Assembly: GCA_044360485.1 (NCBI GenBank)
Contig: JBIKKG010000001.1
Span: forward strand, 1 to 60,735
Direction of reading: 5' to 3'
Length of the DNA: 60,735 nt
DNA from: Burkholderiaceae bacterium
GTDB taxonomy: Bacteria; Pseudomonadota; Gammaproteobacteria; Burkholderiales; Burkholderiaceae_E
Part shown: positions 59,270-60,735 of the stretch, piece after piece
Position numbering within the stretch: the stretch's first letter is position 1
Layout of the letters: every line of letters starts with the position of its first letter
Notes under the pieces: model-generated
Seen by the model: only the letters and a program-made list of their open reading frames with translations
What the model was told of the DNA's origin: nothing
The model's database searches: none
Made by a program: the position numbers and the translations under genes

Positions 59270-59567
59270 CAATTTCCCTCAGTTCTTTAACGAAACCACA
59301 TTCGCGCGCATCGCCTGAACGATGGATGCTGACCATTTCGAAGGTCGGCCCGAGGTGGCGCTGATCCGGGTGAAAACCATCAGACACGGTTGATGCGCCC
59401 GATATTCGGCTCCGAGTTTACAATCGGTGCATCATTCGATCAGGTTCGCAACGGTTCGCAACAGCCCGAAAGGCTTCGGTGGCCTGCGTCAAATCGAAGC
59501 AGCGTCGAAGCAGCAAAGGTCGCAGCAGCAGAGTCAGCGATCTGTCGTTCAACAGCAAGGCTTAGCG

Positions 59568-60735
59568 ATGAGTGAACTTGAGGACTTACGGGCCGAGCTC
59601 GATCGTGCGCGTGCCGTCCTTTTACAGCGGGAACAGCTCCTTGAAAACACACAGCAAGGCATCTGGCATCTCGACAACACCGGACTGACTGTTTACGTCA
59701 ACGCGGCGATGTGCCGTCTGCTGGGGCGCCAACGCGACGACATCCTGGGGCGCTCCGTCTTTGACTTCTTTTCAGGCCCTGACCTGCAGACCCTGAGCGA
59801 GCAGCTGGAACGACGCAAGCAAGGATCCAAGCAAGGCTACGAGATCAGCCTGCTGCGACCGGATGGATCACGCGTGGAATGCTTCAACAATGCCACACCG
59901 ATCTATGACCCGGCGGGAGTGAAGCTGGGTTCGGTCGGAATGTGGACCGATCTCACTCAGCTCAAGCAGACGCAGCGCGAACTGAAGGAGGCCCTTGCAG
60001 ACAGCGTTGCCAGACGAACCGACTATGAGGCACTGCTCGCGAGCTTTCCCGGCACGATCGCCGTGGTCGATCAAAGTGGCCACTATCTCTTTGTCAACCA
60101 GGAACTGGCAAACCTGCTGGGACGGTCTGCGACAGACATTCTTGGCCGCAATGTGCGCGATATGCTCGGGCCGGAACAGGCTGCGAGGATGATCAGCGAG
60201 TTCCCGCGTTTGAATGCTGGCGAAGTGATCGCTGACACCGTCGAAGTGCTGTCTGGCGACAGCAAAACCGTCATCAGCCTGCGGATACACCGCTTGGCTG
60301 GGCCGCCCCGAGTGGATGGCCAGCGTTATTACTCGTTTGGTGTCGACATCAGCGACATGCTCAAGGGTCAGGCGAGGAGCCATTTCCTGAACCAGATGAG
60401 CCATGAGATTCGCACGCCCATGAACGCCATCATCGGCTTGACGCAAGCGACCCTGGACACGGAGCTGACAGCGCAACAGCGGGACTACCTGAGTAAGGTC
60501 AAATTCGCCGGACACGCGCTGATGGAGCTCCTGGACGACGTGCTGGACCTCGGCAAGGTCGATGCCGGCAAGCTGGAAATCGAATCGATCCCCTTCCACC
60601 TGCATGACGCGCTCGACAGTACGACCGGCATGCTGGCCGCGCTCAGCCAGAAAAAGGGACTGAGTTTGCTTTGGTCCTGCGCGCCTGAGGTACCCAAACA
60701 GTTGTTGGGTGACCCGAAGCGCCTGCGCCAGGTGC
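59568..60735 (+). CDS. PAS-domain sensor (hybrid) histidine kinase, N-terminal part (runs off window end)
   Basis: Absent from the track because it has no stop in the window. My translation from ATG 59568 begins MSELEDLRAELDRARAVLLQREQLLENTQQGIWHLD. It shows two PAS-like modules and then the DHp H-box FLNQMSHEIRTPMNAIIGL. Confidence 0.85.
   Translation, partial: MSELEDLRAELDRARAVLLQREQLLENTQQGIWHLDNTGLTVYVNAAMCRLLGRQRDDILGRSVFDFFSGPDLQTLSEQLERRKQGSKQGYEISLLRPDGSRVECFNNATPIYDPAGVKLGSVGMWTDLTQLKQTQRELKEALADSVARRTDYEALLASFPGTIAVVDQSGHYLFVNQELANLLGRSATDILGRNVRDMLGPEQAARMISEFPRLNAGEVIADTVEVLSGDSKTVISLRIHRLAGPPRVDGQRYYSFGVDISDMLKGQARSHFLNQMSHEIRTPMNAIIGLTQATLDTELTAQQRDYLSKVKFAGHALMELLDDVLDLGKVDAGKLEIESIPFHLHDALDSTTGMLAALSQKKGLSLLWSCAPEVPKQLLGDPKRLRQV

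Noticed and set aside
59443-59462. Perfect 10-bp tandem duplication GGTTCGCAAC GGTTCGCAAC upstream of the PAS kinase
   Set aside because: There are only two units with no further periodicity or spacers. This is too little to call a regulatory repeat or CRISPR-like array, though it is noted as a possible direct-repeat binding site.
59868-60605. 245-aa minus-strand ORF
   Set aside because: It is antisense to the PAS histidine kinase, whose H-box (SHEIRTPMN) fixes the plus frame.

Overview
High-GC chromosomal segment (mid-60s % by eye, not computed). Gene content and synteny fit a Burkholderiales/Comamonadaceae-type betaproteobacterium: tmRNA tag ANDERFALAA, lptG-lptF divergent from pepA-holC-valS, gyrA-pheA-hisC-tyrA, and ompA-like/ubiG/gph. 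I support about 50 protein genes, which are mostly housekeeping and transport functions: TRAP, ABC, Tct, MFS, DMT and APC transporters, valS, alaS, gyrA, LPS export and aromatic amino-acid synthesis. There is one tmRNA gene and no rRNA, tRNA or CRISPR. Many long ORFs in the track are antisense or alternate-frame shadow ORFs, as expected for high-GC DNA. Several real genes start well inside their track ORF, so I re-derived those starts. The accessory part begins at ssrA (46117-46484). First comes a 1.7-kb integrase-less island remnant carrying vapBC, bracketed by repeated copies of the ssrA 3' end and a duplicated structured ~83-nt element. Next are sorAB and an MFS gene fragment. The most interesting locus follows at 50528-56550: a murT-gatD-asnB operon, the Gram-positive/actinobacterial-type peptidoglycan stem-peptide amidation enzymes. 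It is divergently transcribed from a MATE-like transporter fused to a GHKL/RsbW-like C-terminal domain. All functional calls rest on motifs I read in the translations. No database search was possible.
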